41,940 bases of DNA from Clostridia bacterium (GTDB lineage Bacteria > Bacillota > Clostridia > Christensenellales > Borkfalkiaceae), in contig JAGCZN010000189.1 in assembly GCA_017959995.1 (NCBI GenBank), positions 1-41,940 of the forward strand, written 5' to 3'. This document shows positions 24,627 to 32,954 of the stretch, in pieces. Under the pieces are notes generated by a model that made no database searches, had not been told where the DNA came from, and worked only from the letters and a program-made list of their open reading frames with translations. The position numbers and the translations under genes were made by a program. The first letter of the stretch is position 1; every line of letters starts with the position of its first letter.

Positions 24627-24843
24627 TTTATTGGCTTTTTTCGCGGACGTAAGCGGCGCTTCCCTGCCGTTTATCTCCGGCTGTTTTGCGTTGCCGGAAA
24701 ATTTATTTTCTTCCCTGCCGCGGGAATTGGACGTGTTTATTTTATTGAAACCGTCGGAAGGACGGTCGTTTTTTACTTCTATTTTATTGAATTAGTCAAT
24801 AAAAACGGCTACCTCCCGCAAAATCTTCTGAATTATTATAGCA

Positions 24844-24869
24844 TAAAAAAATCCGTCTTGCAACGGATT
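24844..24869 (-). terminator. Terminator after the YolD-like gene
   Basis: Minus strand: aatccgt tgcaag acggatt followed by ttttttat. Confidence 0.55.
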
Positions 24870-24942
24870 CGATCAAATTCTTCGGGCAAACGGAATTTTA
24901 TCGGTCCGATTTGCGTCGATCCCGAAACCGCGCGGGCGTTTT

Positions 24943-25395
24943 TCAATAGCCCGATTCACCGTTTTCCTCTTCTTCGCTTAAAAATCCGTATTCGATATCG
25001 GTTATATCGTCGAACGCCACCGCCGTTCCGTCGGTAAAAAACAAAGCGCGCGCGAGGGCGTCTATCTTTGCCGCACGCCCGGCGTAAATTTTGTACGAGC
25101 CGCCCGCTTTGCGTTGATCCCGCGCGAAATAGGCCACTTTTACATACGGCCGCTCGCCGATAACGCCCTGCAGATACGTAATTTTTTCATTCAGAATATT
25201 AAGGTCGTCCTCGCCGAGTTCCGCCTTTTCCTCCGTGAAACGCGCCGTTTCCTTAATGGTTTCCCCGTACCCGCTGAGCGCCGCAAACGGCGAAAACTGC
25301 GCCGCGCGGGCAGAAACGGACATTCTCGGCCGGCTTTGCGATACGTGATGCGGTAAATCGATTATATCGTCGTACTTATGATTATCATTGTTCAT
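24943..25395 (-). CDS. YolD-like protein (accessory partner of Y-family polymerases)
   Basis: 150 aa. RPRMSVSARAAQFSPFAAL motif and a C-terminal beta-rich segment, as in YolD/YqjX. Sits immediately downstream of the Y-family polymerase gene. AAGGTGA RBS. Confidence 0.6.
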   Translation of the reverse strand: MNNDNHKYDDIIDLPHHVSQSRPRMSVSARAAQFSPFAALSGYGETIKETARFTEEKAELGEDDLNILNEKITYLQGVIGERPYVKVAYFARDQRKAGGSYKIYAGRAAKIDALARALFFTDGTAVAFDDITDIEYGFLSEEEENGESGY

Positions 25396-25432
25396 ATTTC
25401 ACCTTCGTTCTGCGCGAAAAACGCGCGTTTTC

Positions 25433-26944
25433 TCACGCCTTGTGCCCGCCTATCTGTTTGTTGCGGTCGATAGCGGTGGCGCCTTCTTCAAGACTCATTC
25501 CCTTCACGATGGAGTTTTTTCCGTATTTTTTCTTTATATCAAGCGCGGCGCGCTGAAGTTTTTTTTCTTTTTCGAGCGCGGCGTTCTCTTTTCGCCCGAT
25601 TTCGTCGGAAGTAAAAAAATCCAGCTGTTCCGCTTCCGTTTCAAGGCGTGAATTCTCGCTGATAACGCGTATTGCCGTGAGATAAAGGCGCCTTATAAGC
25701 AAATCCGGATTTACTTCCCTTTCAAAAACCGCTTCGGCCGCCGCCGTTATAAGACGAGACGACGACGTGTATTTTTTTAAGTTTACCGTGCCGTGGGCGG
25801 GCTTGGGGACCTTTCTTCCGTAATAGTCGGAAGTTATTCCGCCCGAATGGTTTTTCATTCTTTCGGAATCGGAAAGATTTTCGATATCATAACCTACGGT
25901 CAGAACGAGCCCGTCGGTTTCAAGCCCCTTTTCAACGAGATCGAAAGAGAGTGCGTCCGCCATTTCTTTGAGAACGAGTTTTGCCTTTTGAAAATCGTAC
26001 GGGCGGTGCAATACCTGCCCGGAACCTACGCTGTTCTCTTCCGGCCTGTACGCCTTTACGTCGGCTATGGTGCACGGCTCCCAACCCCACGCGTGGTCTA
26101 TAAGAAGTTCGGCATTTACGCCGAAAAGTTTGTATAACAGTCCTTCGTTCAGCCTGTCGCTATCCTTTCCCACGGAGCAGCGCGCAACGTCGCCCATGGT
26201 GAACATCCCGTTTTCCTCAAGCTTTTTTGCCGTTCCCCTTCCCACGCGCCAAAAATCGGTAAGCGGCGTGTGCGACCACAAAAGCCTGCGGTAACTGAAT
26301 TCGTTCAGCTCCGCTATTCTTACGCCGTCCTTATCGGGCGGAATATGCTTGGCCACTATATCCATGGCCACCTTGCAAAGATACATATTGGTGCCGATGC
26401 CCGCGGTGGCTGTGATGCCCGTTTCGCTTAAAACGTCGCGTATCAGACAAAGCGCGAATTCATGCGCCGAAATTTTAAGCGCTTTGATATAATCGGTGGC
26501 GTCGATAAACACCTCGTCTATAGAATAAACGTGAATATCTTCCGGCGCAACGTATTTAAGATATATGCGGTATATCTGCGCGCTTACTTCCACGTAACGC
26601 GCCATTCTCGGCGGCGCAACCACGTACGAAAGGGCGAGCGAGGGATCCTCTGCAAGTTGTTTCGAATCGAAACTTTCCCCGGAAAACATGTGAAAAGGGG
26701 CACTTTTTTTGCGCTTGGCGTTTATTTCCTTAACCTTTTGCACCACCTCAAAAAGCCTTGCCCTGCCGGGAATACCGTAAGCTTTGAGCGAGGGCGAAAC
26801 CGCAAGACAGATGGTTTTTTCCGTACGGCTCTCGTCCGCCACTACGAGGTTTGCGGTAAGCGCGTCAAGCCGGCGCGCCACGCATTCGACCGAGGCGTAA
26901 AACGATTTGAGATCTATTGCGATATAAGCTTTGCGTGCCGCCAC
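25433..26944 (-). CDS. Y-family (UmuC/ImpB/UvrX-type) translesion DNA polymerase
   Basis: 503 aa. YIAIDLKSFYASVE catalytic motif, SIDEVFID. C-terminal KKKYGKNSIVKG...RNKQIGGHKA tail typical of Gram-positive UmuC-like enzymes. GTG start at 26944 with GGGGG RBS. Confidence 0.85.
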   Translation of the reverse strand: MAARKAYIAIDLKSFYASVECVARRLDALTANLVVADESRTEKTICLAVSPSLKAYGIPGRARLFEVVQKVKEINAKRKKSAPFHMFSGESFDSKQLAEDPSLALSYVVAPPRMARYVEVSAQIYRIYLKYVAPEDIHVYSIDEVFIDATDYIKALKISAHEFALCLIRDVLSETGITATAGIGTNMYLCKVAMDIVAKHIPPDKDGVRIAELNEFSYRRLLWSHTPLTDFWRVGRGTAKKLEENGMFTMGDVARCSVGKDSDRLNEGLLYKLFGVNAELLIDHAWGWEPCTIADVKAYRPEENSVGSGQVLHRPYDFQKAKLVLKEMADALSFDLVEKGLETDGLVLTVGYDIENLSDSERMKNHSGGITSDYYGRKVPKPAHGTVNLKKYTSSSRLITAAAEAVFEREVNPDLLIRRLYLTAIRVISENSRLETEAEQLDFFTSDEIGRKENAALEKEKKLQRAALDIKKKYGKNSIVKGMSLEEGATAIDRNKQIGGHKA

Positions 26945-27157
26945 TTAACGTACCCCCTTAATAATATCGGGAAAAGAGCGTTTTTTAAGCGCTGTTCCCC
27001 ACGTGAATATTATAACAGAGTTGGTATTTTTTGAAAAGAAAAACGCCCCGATTTTTTTCAAAGCGTTCTCTTTTTTTACTATGCGGTTTTACTTGCCGCG
27101 AATCGACCTTTTCAGCCTGCGCCGCCTGCAAACAAGGCGATTAAAGAAAAAACAAGC

Positions 27158-27187
27158 TTGACAAAACGCGATTTCCCGTTATATAAT
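27158..27187 (+). promoter_or_regulatory. Consensus sigma-A promoter (TTGACA-18-TATAAT) for the sirtuin gene
   Basis: TTGACA at 27158-27163 and TATAAT at 27182-27187. GGAGA RBS at 27229-27233. Confidence 0.6.
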
Positions 27188-27239
27188 TTACGTAAATATT
27201 ACGCGGTTTTACCGCAAGGCGTAAAATTCGGAGATCACT

Positions 27240-27977
27240 ATGACGGATAAATTGATTAAACTTAAAAAATTTTTGGACGAGAGCGAATACGTTGTGTTTT
27301 TCGGAGGGGCGGGCGTTTCTACCGAAAGCGGCGTGCCGGATTTCAGAAGTAAGGACGGGCTTTACAACAACCGCGGCGCGCGTTTTGAAAAATACAGCCC
27401 CGAATACCTGTTGAGCCACAGTTGCCTTGTAAACGAACCGCGGGTATTTTTTGAGTTTTACCGCCAGAAGATGGACGCGAGAGGGGCAAAACCCAACGCG
27501 ACGCATATTTTTCTTGCCGAACTGGAAAAACGGGGTAAGCTGAAAGCCGTGGTAACGCAGAATATCGACGGGCTGCACCAAAAAGCGGGCAGCGTGAACG
27601 TTTACGAGATACACGGCACTACCGAGCGCAATTACTGTATGAACTGCGGAAAAATTTATCCCGCGGACTTTATTTACAATTCAAAGGAAGATATTCCGCG
27701 CTGCGGCTGCGGCGGAACGGTGCGGTGCGACGTTACCCTGTACGAAGAACTTTTACCCGAAGACGCCGTTCAAAAGGCGATAGACGCAATAAAGAACGCG
27801 GATATGCTGATTATAGGCGGAACGTCTTTAAGCGTTTATCCCGCGGCCTCTTACGTGCGGTTTTTTCACGGTAAACACCTGGTGATAATAAACAAAACGC
27901 CCATCTCCTACGACCTTGACGAAAATAAAGACCTTCAGATAAATATGCCGATAGGCGAGGTATTTTCAAAGTTTTAA
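27240..27977 (+). CDS. cobB: NAD-dependent protein deacylase, Sir2 family
   Basis: 245 aa. GAGVSTESGVPDFRS, TQNIDGLH, catalytic H in YEIHG, zinc-ribbon cysteines CMNCG...CGCGG, GTSLSVYPA. Confidence 0.88.
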   Translation: MTDKLIKLKKFLDESEYVVFFGGAGVSTESGVPDFRSKDGLYNNRGARFEKYSPEYLLSHSCLVNEPRVFFEFYRQKMDARGAKPNATHIFLAELEKRGKLKAVVTQNIDGLHQKAGSVNVYEIHGTTERNYCMNCGKIYPADFIYNSKEDIPRCGCGGTVRCDVTLYEELLPEDAVQKAIDAIKNADMLIIGGTSLSVYPAASYVRFFHGKHLVIINKTPISYDLDENKDLQINMPIGEVFSKF

Positions 27978-28011
27978 CCGTAAAAGCGCCCTTTATCACG
28001 CAAAAAACGTA

Positions 28012-28048
28012 CGCCCGCGGCATTCCGGTACGGGGAACGCCGCGGGCG
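28012..28048. terminator. Bidirectional GC-rich terminator between the convergent cobB and pyrR genes
   Basis: cgcccgcggc (28012-28021) / gccgcgggcg (28039-28048). Tail is gtttatt on the plus strand and tacgtttttt on the minus strand. Confidence 0.6.
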
Positions 28049-28099
28049 GTTTATTGAAAAATATTCGTTCAACGCACAAAAAGAACACCGGGAAGTAAA

Positions 28100-28122
28100 T
28101 TTTTCCGTTCCGGACGGAAAAA
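28100..28122 (-). terminator. pyrR-proximal terminator hairpin
   Basis: tttttccgt / acggaaaaa with a 5-nt loop, directly after the pyrR stop. U-rich tail. Confidence 0.5.
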
Positions 28123-28125
28123 TTT

Positions 28126-28650
28126 TTATTTTTCGTAGATGGATACGGAAGTTTCCCCGTCCGTTTCCGTAAGGTGCACCACTATTTCCTCTTTTATGGA
28201 AGTGGGCACGTTTTTCCCGACGAAATCCGCGCGTATGGGAAGTTCGCGATGCCCCCTGTCGATAAGTACGGCAAGACGCACGGTAGCCGCCCTTCCCGTA
28301 GCCATAACCGCTTCTATAGCGGCGCGGGTGGTGCGGCCGGTGAACAGAACGTCGTCAACCAAGATCACGTCCTTCTTCTCCACGGGAAAAGGAATCTGAT
28401 CGGGCGAAACCTTAACTTCAGGCACTACGTCGTCCCTGAAATGGGTAATGTCAAGCTCGCAGATGGGTAGATTCACGCCGGCGGAAGCTTTGACGTTGGC
28501 GCGTATGGCTTCGGCAAGCGGAACGCCGCGCGTTTTTATTCCCACGAGAACGGCGTTGCTTACGTTCACCCTTTCTATAATTTCGAAAGAGATTCTCGTC
28601 ATAGCGCGTTTGACCGCAACTTCGTCGAGAATGGTTGCTTTGAATTTCAT
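28126..28650 (-). CDS. pyrR: Bifunctional pyrimidine operon regulator / uracil phosphoribosyltransferase PyrR
   Basis: MKFKATILDEVAVKRAMTRISFEIIER aligns with the B. subtilis PyrR N-terminus. PRPP motif VILVDDVLFTGRT. I prefer the start at 28650. The ORF-track start at 28695 lies between the -10 and -35 boxes of the predicted promoter. Confidence 0.85.
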   Translation of the reverse strand: MKFKATILDEVAVKRAMTRISFEIIERVNVSNAVLVGIKTRGVPLAEAIRANVKASAGVNLPICELDITHFRDDVVPEVKVSPDQIPFPVEKKDVILVDDVLFTGRTTRAAIEAVMATGRAATVRLAVLIDRGHRELPIRADFVGKNVPTSIKEEIVVHLTETDGETSVSIYEK

Positions 28651-28685
28651 ATCCGAATAAGAATAAACGTAACGTTTACGGTTCA

Positions 28686-28714
28686 AGTTTAACATTATTG
28701 ATTCATCGTGTCAA
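28686..28714 (-). promoter_or_regulatory. Candidate pyrR promoter (TTGACA-17-TAAACT)
   Basis: Minus strand: TTGACA at 28714-28709 and TAAACT at 28691-28686. Confidence 0.45.
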
Positions 28715-28805
28715 CTTTTTTCGTCGAAAAACTTGTTTTTTTCGGCATAAGGTAGTACAATATAAAAAACGCGTAAAAAACGTTTTTCATTAAACTTCAG
28801 GAGAA

Positions 28806-29255
28806 ATGATGAAATTCAACGAAAAACTCCGTTCCATGAGAACGGCCGAAGGGCTTACCGAGGAAACCCTTGCCGACGCGATAGGCGTTTCCGCAGAGAA
28901 AATAACCGGCTGGGAAAACGGAGAATCCGTACCCGACGAAGCCGAACGCGCGCTTATAGAAAGTTATTTCAATAAAGAAAACGCCGAATCTTTCAAAGCT
29001 AGAGAAGCGGACGATAAAAACGGGCAAAAAAACAAAAAAACCACGTATTTCACGTATTATCTCGGTTTTGCGCTTTGTTTGGCAGGCTTTATCTGCCTGA
29101 TAATCTGGGGCATTATCACCTTGACCGAACCCACGTATACCTACGTTTATACGGGCGCGGCAAGGTTTTCTTTCGATAACAGGGTAATACTGCTTATCGC
29201 GTGCGTGGATCTTGTTCTGACGGGCCTGGTACTTCTGTTCCGCAAGCAGAAATGA
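28806..29255 (+). CDS. Membrane-anchored XRE-family helix-turn-helix protein
   Basis: 149 aa. N-terminal HTH_3-like KLRSMRTAEGLTEETLADAIGVSAEKITGWENGESVP. Two C-terminal hydrophobic helices. CAGGAG RBS. Confidence 0.7.
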   Translation: MMKFNEKLRSMRTAEGLTEETLADAIGVSAEKITGWENGESVPDEAERALIESYFNKENAESFKAREADDKNGQKNKKTTYFTYYLGFALCLAGFICLIIWGIITLTEPTYTYVYTGAARFSFDNRVILLIACVDLVLTGLVLLFRKQK

Positions 29256-29283
29256 TCGGCGCTTTGAAATTACTGACGGATCT

Positions 29284-30030
29284 TTAACCGGCAGACTCTT
29301 TCACGAAGTCCGAAAGGATATCTTCGAAAGGGTATCTGCCGTTTTTCTTTGCGGCGCTTTCACAATGGCCGCCGGGCAATAGCCTCAATTCTATTTTTGC
29401 CGCGGGATTAAAGTTTTTTACAGCCTTGTAAAACATTGCGTTCTGCTCGGGGCGAACGGGCATGTCGTTTTCGTAAAATATCAGCAAAATCTTTGAAAAA
29501 GTTGACTTTTCATTCACGAAATACACGGGCGCGGCCTCGTCTACGCGTTGAAGGCGGGTATCCAGCCCGCGCTCTTTGAGCACGTTGAAATGGGTGGTGG
29601 TCTGCGCGCTGTCTATCAGCCAGCCGCTTACGTCCGCGGAAGTCATACCCTCTTTTTCAAGATAGCGCCCGTCGAAACACAGCATAAGCGAAATATACGC
29701 GCCGGCGGAATGCCCGCAAACGAATATCTTTCCGTTGCCGCCGTAAAGCGGCGCGTTCCTCTTTACCCAGCCCACCGCGGCGGCTCCGTCAACCAAAAAA
29801 TCGGGGAAAGACGCGGCGGGATATTTTCTGTATTCGGCGGATACGAACCCTACGCCGTTTTCCGTTAAAGCGCGCGCGTAATCCGCCACGCCTCCGTCCG
29901 TTTTATACCCCGTTTCAAGTCCGCCGCCGTGAAAATACACGACCGTGGCGAAATCTTCGCCGCGCGGAAAATAACAGTCTAGAATCTGTTCGGGAAGCCG
30001 TCCGTATTTTACGTTTTCAAAAACTCTCAT
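29284..30030 (-). CDS. Alpha/beta hydrolase (esterase/lipase-like)
   Basis: HGGG oxyanion motif and GHSAG nucleophile elbow. Start taken at ATG 30030 (MRVFENVKYG, GGGGA RBS) rather than 30081. Confidence 0.7.
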   Translation of the reverse strand: MRVFENVKYGRLPEQILDCYFPRGEDFATVVYFHGGGLETGYKTDGGVADYARALTENGVGFVSAEYRKYPAASFPDFLVDGAAAVGWVKRNAPLYGGNGKIFVCGHSAGAYISLMLCFDGRYLEKEGMTSADVSGWLIDSAQTTTHFNVLKERGLDTRLQRVDEAAPVYFVNEKSTFSKILLIFYENDMPVRPEQNAMFYKAVKNFNPAAKIELRLLPGGHCESAAKKNGRYPFEDILSDFVKESAG

Positions 30031-30196
30031 TATTAAAAATCCCCTTTTGATAATGATAACCCATATCCGCCGTTCCGTCAAGAAAATTACGCTTTAAATC
30101 CGTGCGCGGCGGAAAATTCGGCTACGGGGTTTATTTATAAAAAATATACGCGCTTAAACCGCGGGGAAAAACCGTTTTATTCCGTAAAAAAGTTGT

Positions 30197-30234
30197 AAAA
30201 GCGCCGCGTATCGCGTTTTTTGGCGATACGCGGC
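30197..30234 (-). terminator. Terminator downstream of the protease gene
   Basis: Perfect 12-bp stem gccgcgtatcgc (30203-30214) / gcgatacgcggc (30223-30234). Minus-strand tail is gcttttac. Confidence 0.55.
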
Positions 30235-30304
30235 ACAGTATCCGCATAACTTCAACGAACCGGTTTATCAGCCGAAAAACACTTTTCCCGTTTACGGTTT
30301 TTTA

Positions 30305-31675
30305 TCAGTCAAGCGGGGTGAATTTATCCAGCGTTACCGTAACGGTACGCTGAATTCCGTTCCGCTCTATAACGAAAGTTACCGTTTTGCCCTTTTCGAA
30401 CGTAAGCGTGGCGTCGGTAAGGTTGAAAAGCCTTTCGACGTTTACGGTAACGCCATCATACTCAAAACTTTTGAGTACGTCGCCCACCATAAATTTTCCC
30501 ACCGCGGCGCTGCCGGCTTCCACCGACGAAACTTCCACGGTGTGAATGATACGCGTATCGCATAAAACGGCGTCGTAATAAGCGTAACTGTTTTTAGTTG
30601 CCAAATTTATACCCACAAGATACCTGCCTATGGTGAGTTTATCGCTACCGTTACAGTTTTTCTTTATATTTTTGAAAACGTTCCCCACTATGGCCGACGG
30701 AATTGCGTAGGCGATATTATCTATTTCGTTGGAAACTATCTTCGCGTTTACTATACCCACGAGATTGCCGTTAAGATCGAAAAGCCCGCCGCCGCTGTTG
30801 CCGCCGTTGACTGCGGCGTCAATACGCATTACGCGGTATTCAATACCCGTGCGGCCGTCTTTGGGAGAAGTCATCTGAATATATTCGGAATCGACGCTCA
30901 CTATGCCGGAAGTTATCGCAAGGCCGTCGGCTTCGGGGTTTCCCACGGTAAAAATCGCGTCTCCCGCGCCTACCAGATTACTGTCGGCAATTTCGGCCGC
31001 CGCAAGATTGCTTGTACGGAATATTTCGGAATTTTCCACTTTGAGAACGGCTATATCGTAATTGGCGGTGGCGCCTAACAGAGACGCTTCGACCGCAAGA
31101 GAATCCAACTCCCTGCCGTAAACGTAAACCTTTACGCTGTCGGCGTAACCGTCGGAATCGTTCTTATCGTAAATCACGTGGAAATTGGTAACGATATAGG
31201 CGTTGCCGCTATCGTCAAGTTCCATAATAACGCCGGCGCCCGCGCCCTTGTATTTTTCCGAGCGCAGAAAATTACCGCGACGGTCGTAAACGTTATAGGA
31301 AAAAGTGCTGTAAACGCTTACCGCCGATCTTACCGCTTTATCCGCGGCGACGGCCACGCTGTTCTGCAATCCGTTTGAAACGTATCCGCCGATAAACTCT
31401 GCTACGAAATCGTAAAAATCGCCCGTATAACCGTACTTTTCGCACGCTTCGTCGTAAAGGGATTTATATACGGTGCTGGCGTTGTCGCCGTCCTTTCCTT
31501 TAAGACTTTTAAGCCATTCTTCTTCGGTTCCGTTAAAACCGTTTTTTACGGCAATATCGTACGCGTTTACAACGGGCCCGCTGTACTCGTTGCTCTTGAA
31601 CGGATTGCACGCCGCAACGCTTGATATAAGAGCGAGCGCGGCAAAAACCGCAGAAATTTTCCGTAATATTTTCAT
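30305..31675 (-). CDS. S1C (HtrA/trypsin-like) serine protease lipoprotein with a C-terminal PDZ-like domain
   Basis: 456 aa. Lipobox VAAC (Cys23). TNFHVI (His), GNSGGGLF (Ser) and GIVNA motifs. GGAGGAG RBS. Confidence 0.8.
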   Translation of the reverse strand: MKILRKISAVFAALALISSVAACNPFKSNEYSGPVVNAYDIAVKNGFNGTEEEWLKSLKGKDGDNASTVYKSLYDEACEKYGYTGDFYDFVAEFIGGYVSNGLQNSVAVAADKAVRSAVSVYSTFSYNVYDRRGNFLRSEKYKGAGAGVIMELDDSGNAYIVTNFHVIYDKNDSDGYADSVKVYVYGRELDSLAVEASLLGATANYDIAVLKVENSEIFRTSNLAAAEIADSNLVGAGDAIFTVGNPEADGLAITSGIVSVDSEYIQMTSPKDGRTGIEYRVMRIDAAVNGGNSGGGLFDLNGNLVGIVNAKIVSNEIDNIAYAIPSAIVGNVFKNIKKNCNGSDKLTIGRYLVGINLATKNSYAYYDAVLCDTRIIHTVEVSSVEAGSAAVGKFMVGDVLKSFEYDGVTVNVERLFNLTDATLTFEKGKTVTFVIERNGIQRTVTVTLDKFTPLD

Positions 31676-31798
31676 AACTCCTCCTATGAACTTTTTCAGT
31701 ATTATAATTCCGCCGTCTTGAATTTGACTGAAATTTTTCTCTATTTTACTATTTATTTGTTTCCGAATCGTTAACTTTTGATACGCGTGGAAAACTTT

Positions 31799-32905
31799 TT
31801 ATATGAAATTTATTATCACCGAATTCTGCACGAAAAGATATTCCGGTTTTATTCTGACTCTTCCGCCGGTAAATTCCATATACCTGCCCTGAGTTTCAAG
31901 TTGTTTTTCAAACTGTTTTTCAAACGGCTTTCCGAAAAGTTTTTCAAACTCCGCAAGGTCTATACCCGCGGCGGTGCGCAAGGCGAGCATAACGTATTCC
32001 GAACGTATTTCGTCGCCGGAAATCTCCTCGGAAGAAATTTCCGCGAAATGCCCGGATAATATACATTTTATATATTCGTCTATCACCGCGGTGTTGGTGA
32101 ACCTGCGGTTTTTCACGTGGCTTGAAGCCGCCACGCCCAAACCTACGTATTCTCCCCTTTGCCAGTAATTGAGATTGTGGCGGGATTCGCAGCCTTTTTT
32201 TGCGAAATTAGATACTTCGTAACGGTAAAACCCCCTCTTTTCAAGATATTCCGCGGCAAACGCGTAAAGATCGGCAACGGCGTCCTCGTCGGGAAGGTCG
32301 CCGTTGAGATAGTTTGAAAATATCGGCGTGCCCTCTTCCGGGCGCAAAGCGTAAACCGAAACGTGGCTGGCACCGCTTCCGATAATTACCGAAAGGGTGT
32401 TTTCAACGTCTTTTACGGTCTGGTCGAACAATCCTATCAGCGCGTCCGCATTGAAGTTTTCGCCTTCAAGCATCTTTGCCGCTTCAACGTAATCCGCAAC
32501 GGTGTGGATTCGGTTGAGTTTTACGAGCATGGCGTCGTCAGCCGATTGCAGGCCGAGGCTGTACCTGTTTACGCCCGCCGCCCTGTACGCCGAAAGTTTG
32601 TTTTCCGTAAGCGTGCCGGGGTTTATTTCCACGGTGATCTCCGCGTTTTCGGAAACGGAAAACTTCTCCTTTATCTGTTTCAGGGCGCCCGTTACCAACT
32701 TCTCGTCCACGAAGGACGGCGTTCCCCCGCCCACGTAAACGGTATCGAAATTCATTCCCGCGTACTGGTTGGCTCGCGCTTTCGCCTCTTTATACAAACA
32801 GGCAAAATACAACTCCGCCTTATCCTTTTCCCTGGGATAAGAGGCGAAGTCGCAATAAGTGCATTTTGATTTGCAGAAAGGAACGTGAACGTAAATTCCC
32901 GCCAT
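31799..32905 (-). CDS. hemW: Radical SAM heme chaperone HemW (HemN-like, oxygen-independent coproporphyrinogen oxidase family)
   Basis: 368 aa. YVHVPFCKSKCTYCDF CxxxCxxC motif, GGGTPS. Conserved lepA-hemW synteny. Confidence 0.87.
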   Translation of the reverse strand: MAGIYVHVPFCKSKCTYCDFASYPREKDKAELYFACLYKEAKARANQYAGMNFDTVYVGGGTPSFVDEKLVTGALKQIKEKFSVSENAEITVEINPGTLTENKLSAYRAAGVNRYSLGLQSADDAMLVKLNRIHTVADYVEAAKMLEGENFNADALIGLFDQTVKDVENTLSVIIGSGASHVSVYALRPEEGTPIFSNYLNGDLPDEDAVADLYAFAAEYLEKRGFYRYEVSNFAKKGCESRHNLNYWQRGEYVGLGVAASSHVKNRRFTNTAVIDEYIKCILSGHFAEISSEEISGDEIRSEYVMLALRTAAGIDLAEFEKLFGKPFEKQFEKQLETQGRYMEFTGGRVRIKPEYLFVQNSVIINFI

Positions 32906-32954
32906 TATAAGTTTCTCCTCGGTAAAAAGTGCCGTTTTTCGCGCATTATCGCTA

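Noticed and set aside
24627-24794. The reading frame of the Fn3-like repeat protein stays open for 55 codons upstream of its ATG, up to the TAA at 24794-24792. This hints at a longer N-terminus.
   Set aside because: There is no in-frame ATG, GTG or TTG in that stretch, and the ATG at 24626 directly precedes the TM anchor. An unusual start codon or a sequencing error cannot be excluded, but nothing supports it.
24943-26944. Y-family polymerase/YolD pair as a marker of a prophage or integrative element.
   Set aside because: No integrase, recombinase, phage structural genes, tRNA target or flanking direct repeats are visible. The neighbouring genes are ordinary chromosomal genes.
26945-27240. 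LexA (Cheo) box GAAC-N4-GTTC upstream of the Y-family polymerase.
   Set aside because: No match was found by eye on either strand. This is reported only as an absence that needs a PWM scan.
27240-27977. The Sir2-domain gene as a possible anti-phage defence component (Thoeris ThsA or DSR-like).
   Set aside because: It is a compact 245-aa canonical sirtuin with an intact NAD-binding motif, catalytic His and Zn-ribbon. It has no fused sensor or effector domain and no partner gene. It carries its own consensus promoter and terminator, so it is a housekeeping CobB-type deacylase.
28651-28805. PyrR-binding anti-antiterminator loop (…CCAGAGAGG…) in the pyrR leader.
   Set aside because: The motif is not present, and the leader is only about 28 nt if the predicted promoter is correct.
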